The notes below the pieces were generated by a model. That model worked only from the letters and a program-made list of their open reading frames with translations. It did no database searches and was not told the DNA's origin. DNA of 64,000 bases from Antedon mediterranea (Eukaryota > Animalia > Echinodermata): assembly GCF_964355755.1 (NCBI RefSeq), contig NC_092676.1, forward strand, positions 4,007,888 through 4,071,887. Reading direction: 5' to 3'. Positions 52,401-63,918 of the stretch are shown here, one piece after another. How positions within the stretch are numbered: position 1 is the first letter of the stretch; each line of letters starts with the position of its first letter. The translations under genes and the position numbers were made by a program.

Positions 52401-55400
52401 AGTACATGCAATATAACTACTGTATAATGTAGCCTACAGGAATGTAGACATTTCAACATTTGAGGTGACAGAAAAACTAAAATAATTTAAAAACAGCTTG
52501 GATATTGTGATTTACTTATACTGTGCATTCTTTTTACTTTTAAGGTCTTTGTACGATAACCAAATAAGTACATTGCAAGCCAATGCATTTGCTGGTTTGA
52601 CAGCATTGGAAACACTGTAAGTGTATTGCTTATGTTTGCTAACTTTTATCAGTTTGGTTTTAATCTAGAAATTAAATTACAAATTATTTTGAATTGTTGA
52701 TTAAGCAATTATAATGGATTAATATTATTACATAATTGCACAATTTGTGATCGTATAAAAAATATCTTTATAAATCACAAGTTTTTAGTTCATCCACCAT
52801 GAATGAACTTTATTTTTGTGTAATACATAATAATTCTGAATTAATCTTAAATGTAAAATTTCACAATATAAATATCATTATAATGATTGTTATACTAATT
52901 AATTAGTATTTGTTTATGTAGTGATTTTGTTTTATGATAATAAAAATTATTAAAATATAAATATATATTTTATATTTTGACATCATTAAAATATTGATAC
53001 AATACAGTGCATGTATTGTAGGATCAATTGTAATAATGGACTAATAATATTTACCTTATGATTTCATGATTATTCACAGTAAAACAAATTTAAAAAGCAA
53101 CAATTTTGTAATTTATCCACCATGATTGAATTATTTATTTTTGTAATATATAACAATTGAAACTGAATTTACATTACATATTAGATAATACATTTATTAT
53201 ATGGTTGCTATCAAACAATTTGAATTTGTTGACATTTTGTTTTAAGAAAATATGTTATTCAAATAAATTTACCATATTTGTATTTTAACATAGTATATTT
53301 TGACATCACTAAAGTACATACAATAGAGTACATGCAGTATAACTACTGTATAATGCACAGGAATGTAGACATTTCAACATTTGAGGTGACAAGAAAAACT
53401 AAAATAATTTAAAAACAGCTTCGATATTGTGATTTACTTATACTGTGCATTCTTTTTACTTTTAAGGGATTTGGGCAGTAACCAAATAAGTACATTACAA
53501 GCCAATGCATTTGCTGGTTTGACAGCATTGGAAACACTGTAAGTGTATTGCTTATGTTTGCTTACAGTTACTAATTTGGTTTTATATTATAAATTAAATT
53601 ATAAATTATTTTATATTGTTGGTTAAACAATGAAAATGGATTAATATTATTCTATAATTTCACAATTTGTGACCTTATAAAAAATATCTTTATAAATCAC
53701 TAGTTTTTACTTCATCCACCATGAATGAACTTTATTTTTGTGTAATACATAATAATTTTAAAAATAATATTAATTGTAAAATTTCACAATATAAATATCA
53801 TTATAATGATTGTTATACTAAATAATTAGTATTTGTTTATGTAGTGATTTTGTTTTATGATAATACAAATTATTAAAATATAAATATATATTTTATATTT
53901 TGACATCATTAAAATGTTGATACAATACAATGCATGTATTGTAGGATCAATTGTAATAATGGACTAATAATATGTATCAACATTTTTAAAATGTATCCAC
54001 CATGATTGAACTATTTATTTTTGTAAGATATAACAAAACTGAATCTGTATTACATATTAGATAATACATTAATTATATGGTTGTTAACAAACAATTTGAA
54101 TTTGTTGTAGACATTTTATTTTTAATAAAATAAGTTATTAAAATATATATACATTTTTACTTTAACATAGTATATTTTGACATCACTAAAGTACATACAA
54201 TATAGTACATGCAATATAACTACTGTATAATGTACAGGAATGTAGACATTTCAACATTTGAGGTGACAGAAAAACTAAAATAATTTAAAAACAGCTTGGA
54301 TATTGTGATTTACTTATAATGTGCATTCTTTTTACTTTTAAGGAATTTGTACAGTAACCAAATAAGTACATTACAAGCCAATGCATTTGCTGGTTTGACA
54401 GCATTGAAAACACTGTAAGTGTATTGCTTATGTTTGCTTACTTTTACCAATTTGGTTTTAATTTAGAAATTAACAAACTTTATTTTTTTGAATAATATTA
54501 TAATAATTCAAAATACATTTTTATTGTAACTGTCACAATATAAATATTATTATAACAAATGTTACTAAATAATTAGTATTTGTTTATTTAGTGATTTTGT
54601 TTTATGAGAATAAAAATTATTGAAATATAAATATATATTTTATATTTTGACATTAAAATATTGATACAATACAGTGCATGTATTGTAGGTTTGATTGTAA
54701 TAAGGGAGTAATAATATGTACTTTATGATTTCATGATTATTTATAGTAAAAATAATTTTAAAGTGAACATATTAAAAATGTATTCACCATGATTGAACTA
54801 TTTATTTTTGTAAGATATAACAATTGAACTGAATCTGTATTACATATAGATAATACATTTATTATGGTTGCTATCAAACAATTTTTAATTTGTTGTAGAC
54901 ATTTTATTTTAATAAAATAAGTTATTAAAATATACATTTTTACTTTAACATAGTATATTTTGACATCACTAAAGTACATACAATAGAGTACATGCAGTAT
55001 AACTACTGTATAATGTACAGGAATGTAGACATTTCAACATTTGAGGTGACAGAAAAATTAAAATAATTTTAAAACAGCTTGGATATTGTGATTTACTTAT
55101 ACTGTGCATTCTTTTTACTTTTAAGGGATTTGAGGGGTAACCAAATAAGTACATTACCAGCCAATGCATTTGCTGGTTTGACAGCATTGAAAACACTGTA
55201 AGTGTATTGCTTATGTTTGCTAACTTTTAACAATTTGGTTTTAATTTCGAAATTAAATGAAAAATTATTTTACAAAGTTGGTTAAACAATGATAATGGAT
55301 TAATATTATTATATAATTTCACAATTTGTGATCTTATAAAAAATAACTTAAAAAATCAGTAGTTTTTTGCTCATCCACCATGAACAAATTTTAATTTTTT

Positions 55401-58400
55401 AAATATTATATAATAATTCAAAATAAATTTTTATTGTAAATGTCACAATAAAAATATCATTATAACAAATAATACTAAAACTAAATAATTAGTATTTGTT
55501 TATGTAGTGATTTTGTTTTATGAGAATAACAATTATTAAAATAGGAATATATTTTATATTTTAACATTAAAATATTGATACAATACAATGCATGCATTGT
55601 AGGATCAATTGTAATAATGGACTAATCATATGTACCTTATGATTTCATGATTATTTACAGTAAAAAGAATTTTAAAGTCAACATTATTTTTATTTGTAAT
55701 TTATCCACCATGATTGAAGTATATATTTTTGTAAGATATAACAATTGAAAGTGAATCTGTATTTAATACATAATAGATAATACATTTATTATATGGTTGC
55801 TATCAAACAATTACATTTGGTGAAGACATTTTATTTTAAGAAATTAAGTTATTAAATTATATTTACCACATTTTTATAAAACTGACAAAATGTTTCTAAG
55901 TAGGCCTAATCAATATTTGTTTATGTACATTTTTGTTTATTTTAACAAAATAAGTTATTAAAATATACATTTGTATTTTAACATAGTATATTTTGACATA
56001 ACTAAAGTACATACAATAGAGTACATGCAGTATAACTACCGGTACTGTATAATGTACAGGAATGTAGACATTTCAACATTTGAGGTGACAGAAAAACTAA
56101 AATAATTTAAAAACAGCTTGGATATTGTGATTTACTTATACTGTGCATTCTTTTTACTTTTAAGGAATTTGAGATGGAACCGAATAAGTACATTACAAGC
56201 CAATGCATTTGCTGGTTTGACAGCATTGGAAAAACTGTAAGTGTATTGCTTATGTTTGCTACTTTTACAATTTGGTTTTAATCTAGAAATTAAATTACAA
56301 ATTATTTTGAATTGTTGATTAAGCAATTATAATGGATTAATATTATTACATAATTTCACAATTTGTGATTGTATAAAAAAATATCTTTATAAATCACTAG
56401 TTTTTAGTTCATCCACCATGAATGAACTTTATTTTTGTGTACATAATAATTCTGAATTAATCTTAAATGTAAAATTTCACGATGTAAATATCATTATAAT
56501 GATTGTTATGCTAAATAATTATTATTTGTTTATGTAGTGATTTTGTTTTATGAGAATAAAAATTATTAAAATATAAATATATATTTTATATTTTGACATT
56601 AAAATGTTGATACAACACAATGCATCCATTGTAGGATCAATTGTAATAATGGAGTAATATGTACTTTATGATTTTCTATAATTTCACAATTTGTGATCTT
56701 ATAAAAAAACTTTAAAAATCAATAGTTTTTTGCTCGTCCAACATTAACAAACTTTATTTTTTTGAATAATATTATAATAATTCAAAATACATTTTTATTG
56801 TAACTGTCACAATATAAATATTATTATAACAAATGTTACTAAATAATTAGTATTTGTTTATTTAGTGATTTTGTTTTATGATAATAAAAATTAATAAAAT
56901 AAAAATATATATTTTGACATTAAATATTGATACAATACAGTGCATGTATTATAGGATCAATTGTAATAATGGACTAATAATATGTACTTTATGATTTCAT
57001 GATTATTTACAGTAAAACCAATTTTAAAATCAACATTTTTAAAATGTATCCACCATGATTGAACTATTTATTTTTGTAAGATCTAACAATTGAAACTGAA
57101 TCTGAATTACATATAGATAATACATTTATTATATGGTTGCTATCAAACAATTTGAATTTGTTGACATTTTGTTTTCAGAAAATATGTTAATCAAATAAAT
57201 TTACAACATTTTTATTTTAACATAGTATATTTTGACATAACTAAAGTACATACAATAGAGTACATGCAGTATAACTACTGTATAATGTACAGGAATGTAG
57301 ACATTTCAACATTTGAGGTGACAGAAAAACTAAAATAATTTTAAAACAGCTTGGATATATTGTGATTTACTTATATTTATTACCAGCCAATGCATTTGCT
57401 GGTTTGACAGCATTGAAAACACTGTAAGTGTATTGCTTATGTTTGCTTACTTTTATCAATTTGGTTTTAATTTAGAAATTAAATGAAAAATTATTTTACA
57501 TTGTTGGTTAAACAATGATAATGGATTAATATTATTTATAAAATTTCACAATTTGTGATCTTGTAAAAACAAACTTAAAAAATCAATAGTTTTTTGCTCA
57601 TCCAACATGAATGAACTTTTTATAATATATAATATTTCAAAATGATTTTTTATTGTAAATGTCACAATATAAATATATTTTTGTAAATCAACAATTTCAG
57701 CCGTCGGGCTGCATGTTTTTTATTATATAAACCTGAATAAATAAATAAATAAATTATTACAATTGATCCTACAATACATGCACTGTATTGTATAAACATT
57801 TTAATGTCAAAATATAAAATATGTAATCACTACATAACAAATACTAATTATTTAGTATAACAATCATTATAATGATATTTATTGTGAAATTTTACAATTA
57901 ATATTATTTTTAATTATTATGTATTACAGAAAAATAAATTTCATTCATGTTGGATGAATTAAAAACTAGTGATTTATAAATTTATTTTTTATAAGATCAC
58001 AAATTGTAAAATTATGTAAATTATGTAATAATATTAATCCATTATCATTATACAGTTGTTGTACTGCATGTACTCTATTGTATGTACTAGTGATGTCACA
58101 ATATGATATGGGTAAATAAAAATGTATATTTTAATAACTTATTTTATCAAAATAAAATGTCTACAAAAAATTAAAATGTTTTGATAGCAACCATATAATA
58201 AATGTATTATCTATATGTAATACAGATTCGGTTTCAATTGCTATGTCATGGTGGATAAATTTAAAAATTGTTGATTTTAAAATTAGTTTTACTGTAAATA
58301 ATCATGAAATCATAAGGTACATATTATTAGTCCATTATTACAATTGATCCTACAATGCATTCACTGTATTGTATAAACATTTTAATGTCAAAATATAAAA

Positions 58401-61400
58401 TATATATTTATATTTTAATAATTTTTATTCTCATAAAAAAAATCACTACATAAACAAAATACTAATTATTTAGTAACATTTGTTATAATGGTATATATAT
58501 ATATATGGAAACACAAATATTTAAAAAAATACCAAAATTTATACAAAATATAAAAAAATTTGAAAAATTCAGTTAAAAAAATAAAATTATGTTAAAAAAA
58601 TTACAAAATTTATATACAAATGCATAGGCCTATATATGTAAATATTTATAACATAGCCATCTTCAGCGTGATCAGTTTAGGTACTGTTTAAATTAAGGAT
58701 TCTACTTATAGTAAGGGCAGGCGAGGTCTTAAGACGGTTAGTTCTACAAACAGGTATATTAATTAGGGGTTTATGGACTAATATGTACTTTATGATTCCA
58801 TGATAATTATTTACAGTAATTTTGTTTTAAGAAAATAAGAAATAAGTTATGAAAATATATTTACAAAAGTATATTTTGACATACTAAAGTATACAATAGA
58901 TGGATTACATGCAGTATAGTGTATTTACTGTACTACAATTTAGTTTTAATTAAAAAGGTAAATTAGAAATTGTATTTTACATTGTAGAACAATTATAACA
59001 AAATATTTAATATATAATTTCATTATTATGTGATTATAAGTTTAAACCCCACCTCACCAAAAAAAACCACAAACAACTGGTTTTTCGTATATGATAATAT
59101 AGGCCTAATAAATCAAATATCAATTTTCAGTTGTTATTTTACAATATAAATATCATTTAAAATATCATTTAAGTTAATTTTACTACATTTAGTATTTGTT
59201 TACTTTAACCAGAAAACAAACAAAAATAAAAGGGATAAATGCAGTGTTTATATTACCGTAAATCAATAGATAATTGGCAACTAACTTAATTAACTGCTAA
59301 AGCCCAAACTAGCAAGACCATAATGTGCATTATTTATCATATACTGTGTATTTTTTATCATTTAAGGTGGTTCATGAATGGTAACCAAATACACACATTG
59401 GAAGCCTATGCATTTGCCGGTTTGGAATCATTGACAGAACTGTGAGTATTTTTTCAATACTTGTACAAACTTCCTTATTTTTAAAAGAAACTTTATTTAT
59501 TGTTGTTTTAGAACTATTCTAATTACTAGATGGTACGCTTGCTTCGCTCGCGTACCATCTAGGTCGTGCCCACAGATGGTTCTCGAATACATAATAATTT
59601 CAGCGTTAAAAAACTGGCGATTTCAAATGTACGTACCGCAGGACAATAATGTCGTTTACAGGAACGGATAAATAGACACTGTGATTTATGTACTAAACTA
59701 AAATTAGCACCCTGGGATTTACTTCCGAAAGAGAAACTTGTCACAAAATGAGACCAATTGTTTAAGTCAAATTTAAACAAACTTAATTTGTGTTTTATAT
59801 GTAACATTAGGGTTGAGGGATGGAAGAGGAACAATTTTTAAATATATTCTTTATCCATTTAGTAACGAAATATTAATTGTTTTCATGTTTTACAAATAAT
59901 GTACCACTAAACCATGGAGGTATTTATACCCCCATGACTAAACACAAGTAAAACATTGCGATGTAATACTTTGTTGAAACTATCACCGTCCTAGTCGATT
60001 GAAAAGTACAGTACGTATAACGATACATCACTACGACGTGTATATGTTTATATAATGTAAAACAATTTGTGAAAACCACCTCTATTCGGGGCAAATCATA
60101 AATTCGATTTAATCGTCAATAAATATTAAATTATCTAACTCAACTTAATTAGTAGGCCTAATGGTTTTCAATTGTTTCTTAGAGCTAATTCATACTTAAG
60201 TTGGTTCCTACCCTACCCACCAAAGTTGTTCTGCGTTTAGGGCATGTGATGCACTGTAGGCCTATCCTCTACTAAACATTCTAGAAATAACGCGCTATTT
60301 ACCGAATTTTGCCCTTACGTAAATTTATATATAGATTCCAGTTGATACTGTATGTCATACTGCCCTAATATTGCTGTAACACCGGTGCCAATCAATTTAC
60401 ATCTAACAACATGAATTATATTATTGTTTATATACATGAAAATTTTATTCAAAGATCTCTTTTGTCAATACATTTTTTATTAATGAAAATTTACAATCAT
60501 ACAGTATCAAAACAACTTGGATGTATATGATTTTAATTACTATGAATCATTTTATTTTGAAGACGTTTGAATGGTCACAAAATCAGTACATTGCCAGCTA
60601 ATGCATTTAATGGTTTGACAGCATTGACAACACTGTAAGTGTTTTATTTAGTTCATAATACTTTTATAATTATTTTTTTTAATTATACATTTTAAAATAA
60701 AATTTAATGAGAAAAAAGATAGATGCTGTTAATTTTACTCATTTGTTCTTTAGAATGGTTCCGAAACGTTGATCTTTTTTTGTCATTACATTTTATTTTA
60801 AAGTTATGTAGTAAACGTCTCTTAATTTGTAATTATGAATTCCTTTTTAAATTATAGTTAAATGTAAATCATGCAATTTTCTAAATGCAAATTTTAATGT
60901 AATGGTCCTATAGAGTAATTGTTTCACTTCATTTAATAATTAATATTTGATTAAAACTCCGAACAATGGGTCTTGATGTCCCCTTAAGGAGGTCCAGTAA
61001 TATCATTTTCAGTATTTCTATCAAAATTATATTTACTGTCAAAAAGTATTTAGGTAACCGGTTACGGGATTATAAATACATGAAAAACCCCTTATTGTCA
61101 AAAATTGTCTGTGTGCCTATGGTACAGTAATATACGTTTATACAAATGTATTGATTTGCAATGAATGGAACATTCCAAATTATTTGGTTTAACCATACTT
61201 GCATACCTCTATGGTTTAACACAAGTAGGTAAATTGATAGACCCTTGGAGAATAAACAGAAATAGTACTGTAATGCTATACAATACTGCAAATAGGTATT
61301 AACCACTTTTGATCGCCATTTGAATCAAAAGTGTGTTGTACTGTTAGATATAATATAAACAAATATACTAATAAACTTTATCACTTATTATAAACACATA

Positions 61401-62491
61401 ATAATATAATACTTTATTACTGTCAGTTGTTTCTCAACGTTTGTATTAATTAATAATTACAAAAATATAAACGTATTAGTGGTCTTTAAATGTACTTTAC
61501 TATTTCAATCGACCATGAGACAGTGACAGTTTATAAAGTATTAAATCGGAAATGTTTTACTCTAATTAGTGGTATATTATTTATAGTATTAAGTAATGAA
61601 GGAAGAAAGTTTGTGGAAACAAACATATTGAATTTGAATTTAAATAATAGGTGTTTAAGACTATCTTCTGTTAGTTGAGGAACATAGATTTAAGTATTTT
61701 TAAAAATTGTATTTATTTTGTTAATGCAAATTTTTAGAATTGTTAATTATACAAAAAAAATTGTTTTTTTTTCCTGTCCTCTTTTGGAAGTCTGTTTAAT
61801 AAAAGGCCAAGTAATTAAATAGAAAAGACACACAAAGACTTTTGGGCGAGTGTCCGTTATGAGAGTTGTCCATTTACGAATGGTGTCCACACAGGGAGTT
61901 TTGGACCATTACTTAGGAAAGATAAAGCATCAAACTTTACAGTTTATTCTTTATTCTTTGTAGAAGGTTGGACGATAACCAAATAAGGAAATTGCCAGCA
62001 AATGCATTTAATGGTTTGACAGCATTAAAAAAACTGTGAGTGTATCTCAAATTTATCCCAATTCATTAATTTACGTTTTAGAATAATGACAGATTCATAT
62101 TATTTAGTTTATCATTTCATAATGTGATCTTGTAACAAACAATTAATGAGAGGCAATGATCACCCAAGATCCATGAAATAACACCTTTGTACCAATAGGG
62201 TTACATGCTCTAGCATAATTTTAAAGGAAAAAAATTCACAAGAAAAGTTTAAGACTAATTAGCCGTGGATGGAAGAAGAAATATAATCAGAAAAATAAAG
62301 GGGTAAACACAGTGTTTATATACGGTAAGGTGTAGAAATCAATAGATAATTCACAACTAACTTAACTGCTCAAGCGTAAGCTAGCAAGACTATATACTAT
62401 GCATTATTTATTATTTAAGGCGAATGAATGGTAACCAAATACACACATTGGAAGCCTATGCATTTTCTGGTTTGGAATCATTGACAGAACT
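46127..62491 (+). CDS. multi-exon SRCR(x3)-LRRNT-LRR(x9+) extracellular protein/receptor; continues beyond the window
   Basis: three phase 1-1 SRCR exons, a phase 1-2 Cys-rich cap exon, then phase 2-2 72/75-nt LRR exons all joining in frame; no stop or transmembrane exon seen before 64000. Confidence 0.88.
46580..46916 (+). mobile_element. tRNA-derived SINE
   Basis: A box TGGCCGAGCGG, B box GGTTCGAGGC, (TCAA)n tail; absent from the paralogous intron at ~48066. Confidence 0.85.
47589..47894 (+). CDS. SRCR domain exon 2
   Basis: atttag/gtaagt; 306 nt, phase 1-1. Confidence 0.95.
48741..49049 (+). CDS. SRCR domain exon 3
   Basis: atttag/gtagga; 309 nt, phase 1-1. Confidence 0.95.
49390..51010. 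mobile_element. non-autonomous hAT element
   Basis: TIRs CAGGGGTGGCGCCAG / CTGGCGCCACCACTG, 8-bp TSD CCACCAGT (49382-89, 51011-18), internal ~328-bp tandem duplication 50290-50940. Confidence 0.88.
51147..51288 (+). CDS. LRR N-terminal cap exon ([14 protein letters not shown]...DPITRL)
   Basis: CPxxCxC motif; ttgtag/gtaagt; phase 1 to 2 bridges SRCR and LRR exons. Confidence 0.85.
51740..51770 (+). pseudogene. disabled LRR exon (DLTYNQI.. remnant)
   Basis: same upstream intron block as intact units but acceptor AG deleted and 3' half plus donor deleted. Confidence 0.8.
52545..52616 (+). CDS. LRR exon ([24 protein letters not shown])
   Basis: 72 nt, taag/gtaagt, phase 2-2. Confidence 0.93.
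53467..53538 (+). CDS. LRR exon ([24 protein letters not shown])
   Basis: 72 nt, taag/gtaagt, phase 2-2. Confidence 0.93.
54343..54414 (+). CDS. LRR exon ([24 protein letters not shown])
   Basis: 72 nt, taag/gtaagt, phase 2-2. Confidence 0.93.
55126..55197 (+). CDS. LRR exon ([24 protein letters not shown])
   Basis: 72 nt, taag/gtaagt, phase 2-2. Confidence 0.93.
56165..56236 (+). CDS. LRR exon ([24 protein letters not shown])
   Basis: 72 nt, taag/gtaagt, phase 2-2. Confidence 0.93.
57379..57423 (+). pseudogene. disabled LRR exon (..[15 protein letters not shown] remnant)
   Basis: acceptor and variable 5' part deleted; 3' part and gtaagt donor retained. Confidence 0.85.
57757..58492 (-). 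repeat. inverted, exon-less segment of the LRR intron repeat unit
   Basis: reverse complement of the ~0.8-1.0 kb unit (e.g. ATTACAATTGATCCTACAAT twice); exon and flanks deleted at ~58050. Confidence 0.85.
59367..59441 (+). CDS. LRR exon, 75 nt ([25 protein letters not shown])
   Basis: taag/gtgagt, phase 2-2, one extra codon. Confidence 0.88.
59526..60335 (-). mobile_element. non-autonomous Helitron H1, internally deleted copy
   Basis: reverse complement of 29033-30477 with both termini; empty site AAATTA|TTCCAGTT at ~62579. Confidence 0.9.
60563..60634 (+). CDS. LRR exon ([24 protein letters not shown])
   Basis: 72 nt, gaag/gtaagt, phase 2-2. Confidence 0.88.
61964..62035 (+). CDS. LRR exon ([24 protein letters not shown])
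   Basis: 72 nt, ttgtag/gtgagt, phase 2-2. Confidence 0.9.
62420..62491 (+). CDS. LRR exon ([24 protein letters not shown])
   Basis: 72 nt, taag/gtgagt, phase 2-2; duplicate of 59367 exon. Confidence 0.9.
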
Positions 62492-63918
62492 GTGAGTATT
62501 TTTTCAATACTTCACTTTACCAACTTTCTAATTTCAAAAGAAATTGATTATTGTTTAGAACCATTATAATGTCAAATTATTCCAGTTAATACTGAATGTC
62601 ATATAGACTGCCCTAACAAACATTGAGTAAACAGTGTCAGTCAATGGAATTACAATGAACAACATGAATTATATTGTGATCCTTTTGATTCCAAGATATT
62701 TTTTGTCACAAAAAAAGAAATAATGACATTTTACCATAATACTGTATCAAACAACTACTATATATATATATATATATGATGTATATATTATATGATTTTC
62801 CTTAGTATGAATTATTTTATGTTGTAGTCAGTTAAGAAAATAATATCATAAAGTAGTTAAGTGTACTGTAGATTTGAATCCAATTTGTTTGCTAAATATA
62901 AACGAAATATTTAACAAAGACACTAAGTTAGGGAAGGGCCGGACATATTGATAACCTTTGTAAAAATACAAAGAAAACAAATAGGTGTTTTATATAAACT
63001 AAGATATTTGGTTTCTTTTAAAATAAATATTAATTTTAATATATAACTTCTTTATTTTACCGTTATTATTTATGGTATAGAAGTCTGGGGAAACACTCAT
63101 ATAATGTTACATTTTCTGATTTCATTTTATATAATTGTTTAAACAACTTAATATTATAGATGTTTAAAAGTTATGTTATATGTTTTGTGTTTTAATTATT
63201 ATCATTTGTATTTATTATTTATATGCTATATTCATTTAATAACTATATCGGCGTCTATTAAAAAATTATTTATGTGTTACATTTCGAAGGCCAAATCTCG
63301 CCAACCGAAAGCTTTTTATTTAGTCGTTTTGTCAAATAAGTAAATCATGTAATTATTATTATTTTACATTTTGTAAAAAAAGTCAAAAAGACTATGCATT
63401 ATATTAAATAAAATAAACAGAAGGGCGTGAAAGATTACTGCAATTTTTGACTAAAAATCATGATCCTAATACATTAAAAGTTTTAATTTCTTTTGTGAGT
63501 TGTTGAAGCTTCCATAACATGAACAAGTGTTCGTTGCTATAGGTGTTTAGACAATCTCCTGTTAGTTGAGCAACATAGATTTAAGTAGTTTTAAAAACTG
63601 TATTCATTGTGATAATGCAAGTTTTTAGAAGTTAATAATACAACAAAAAATGTTTTTTTCCTGTCCTCTCTTGAAAGTCTGTTTCAATTATTAAATAATA
63701 AATTATTTTACATTGTTGGTTAAGCAATGACAATGGATTAATCACAATTTGTGGCTTATAAAAGATAATTTTTAAAAATCACAGTTTTTAGTTCATCTAT
63801 CATGAATGAACTTAATTTTTTTTTTAATTATTCCAAATCATTTATCCCCAAGTCAATTACAGTTTTCAACAACACCATTACTAGATACTTTGGTTCTGTT
63901 TAAGTAAATTGTTGTGTA

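Noticed and set aside
52545-56236. Calling the LRR array a true VLR or a diversity-generating retroelement target
   Set aside because: Cassettes are spliceable exons inside the gene rather than flanking donor cassettes of an incomplete germline gene; variation is not adenine-specific and the nearby RT is an ordinary decayed LINE. Only analogy is claimed.
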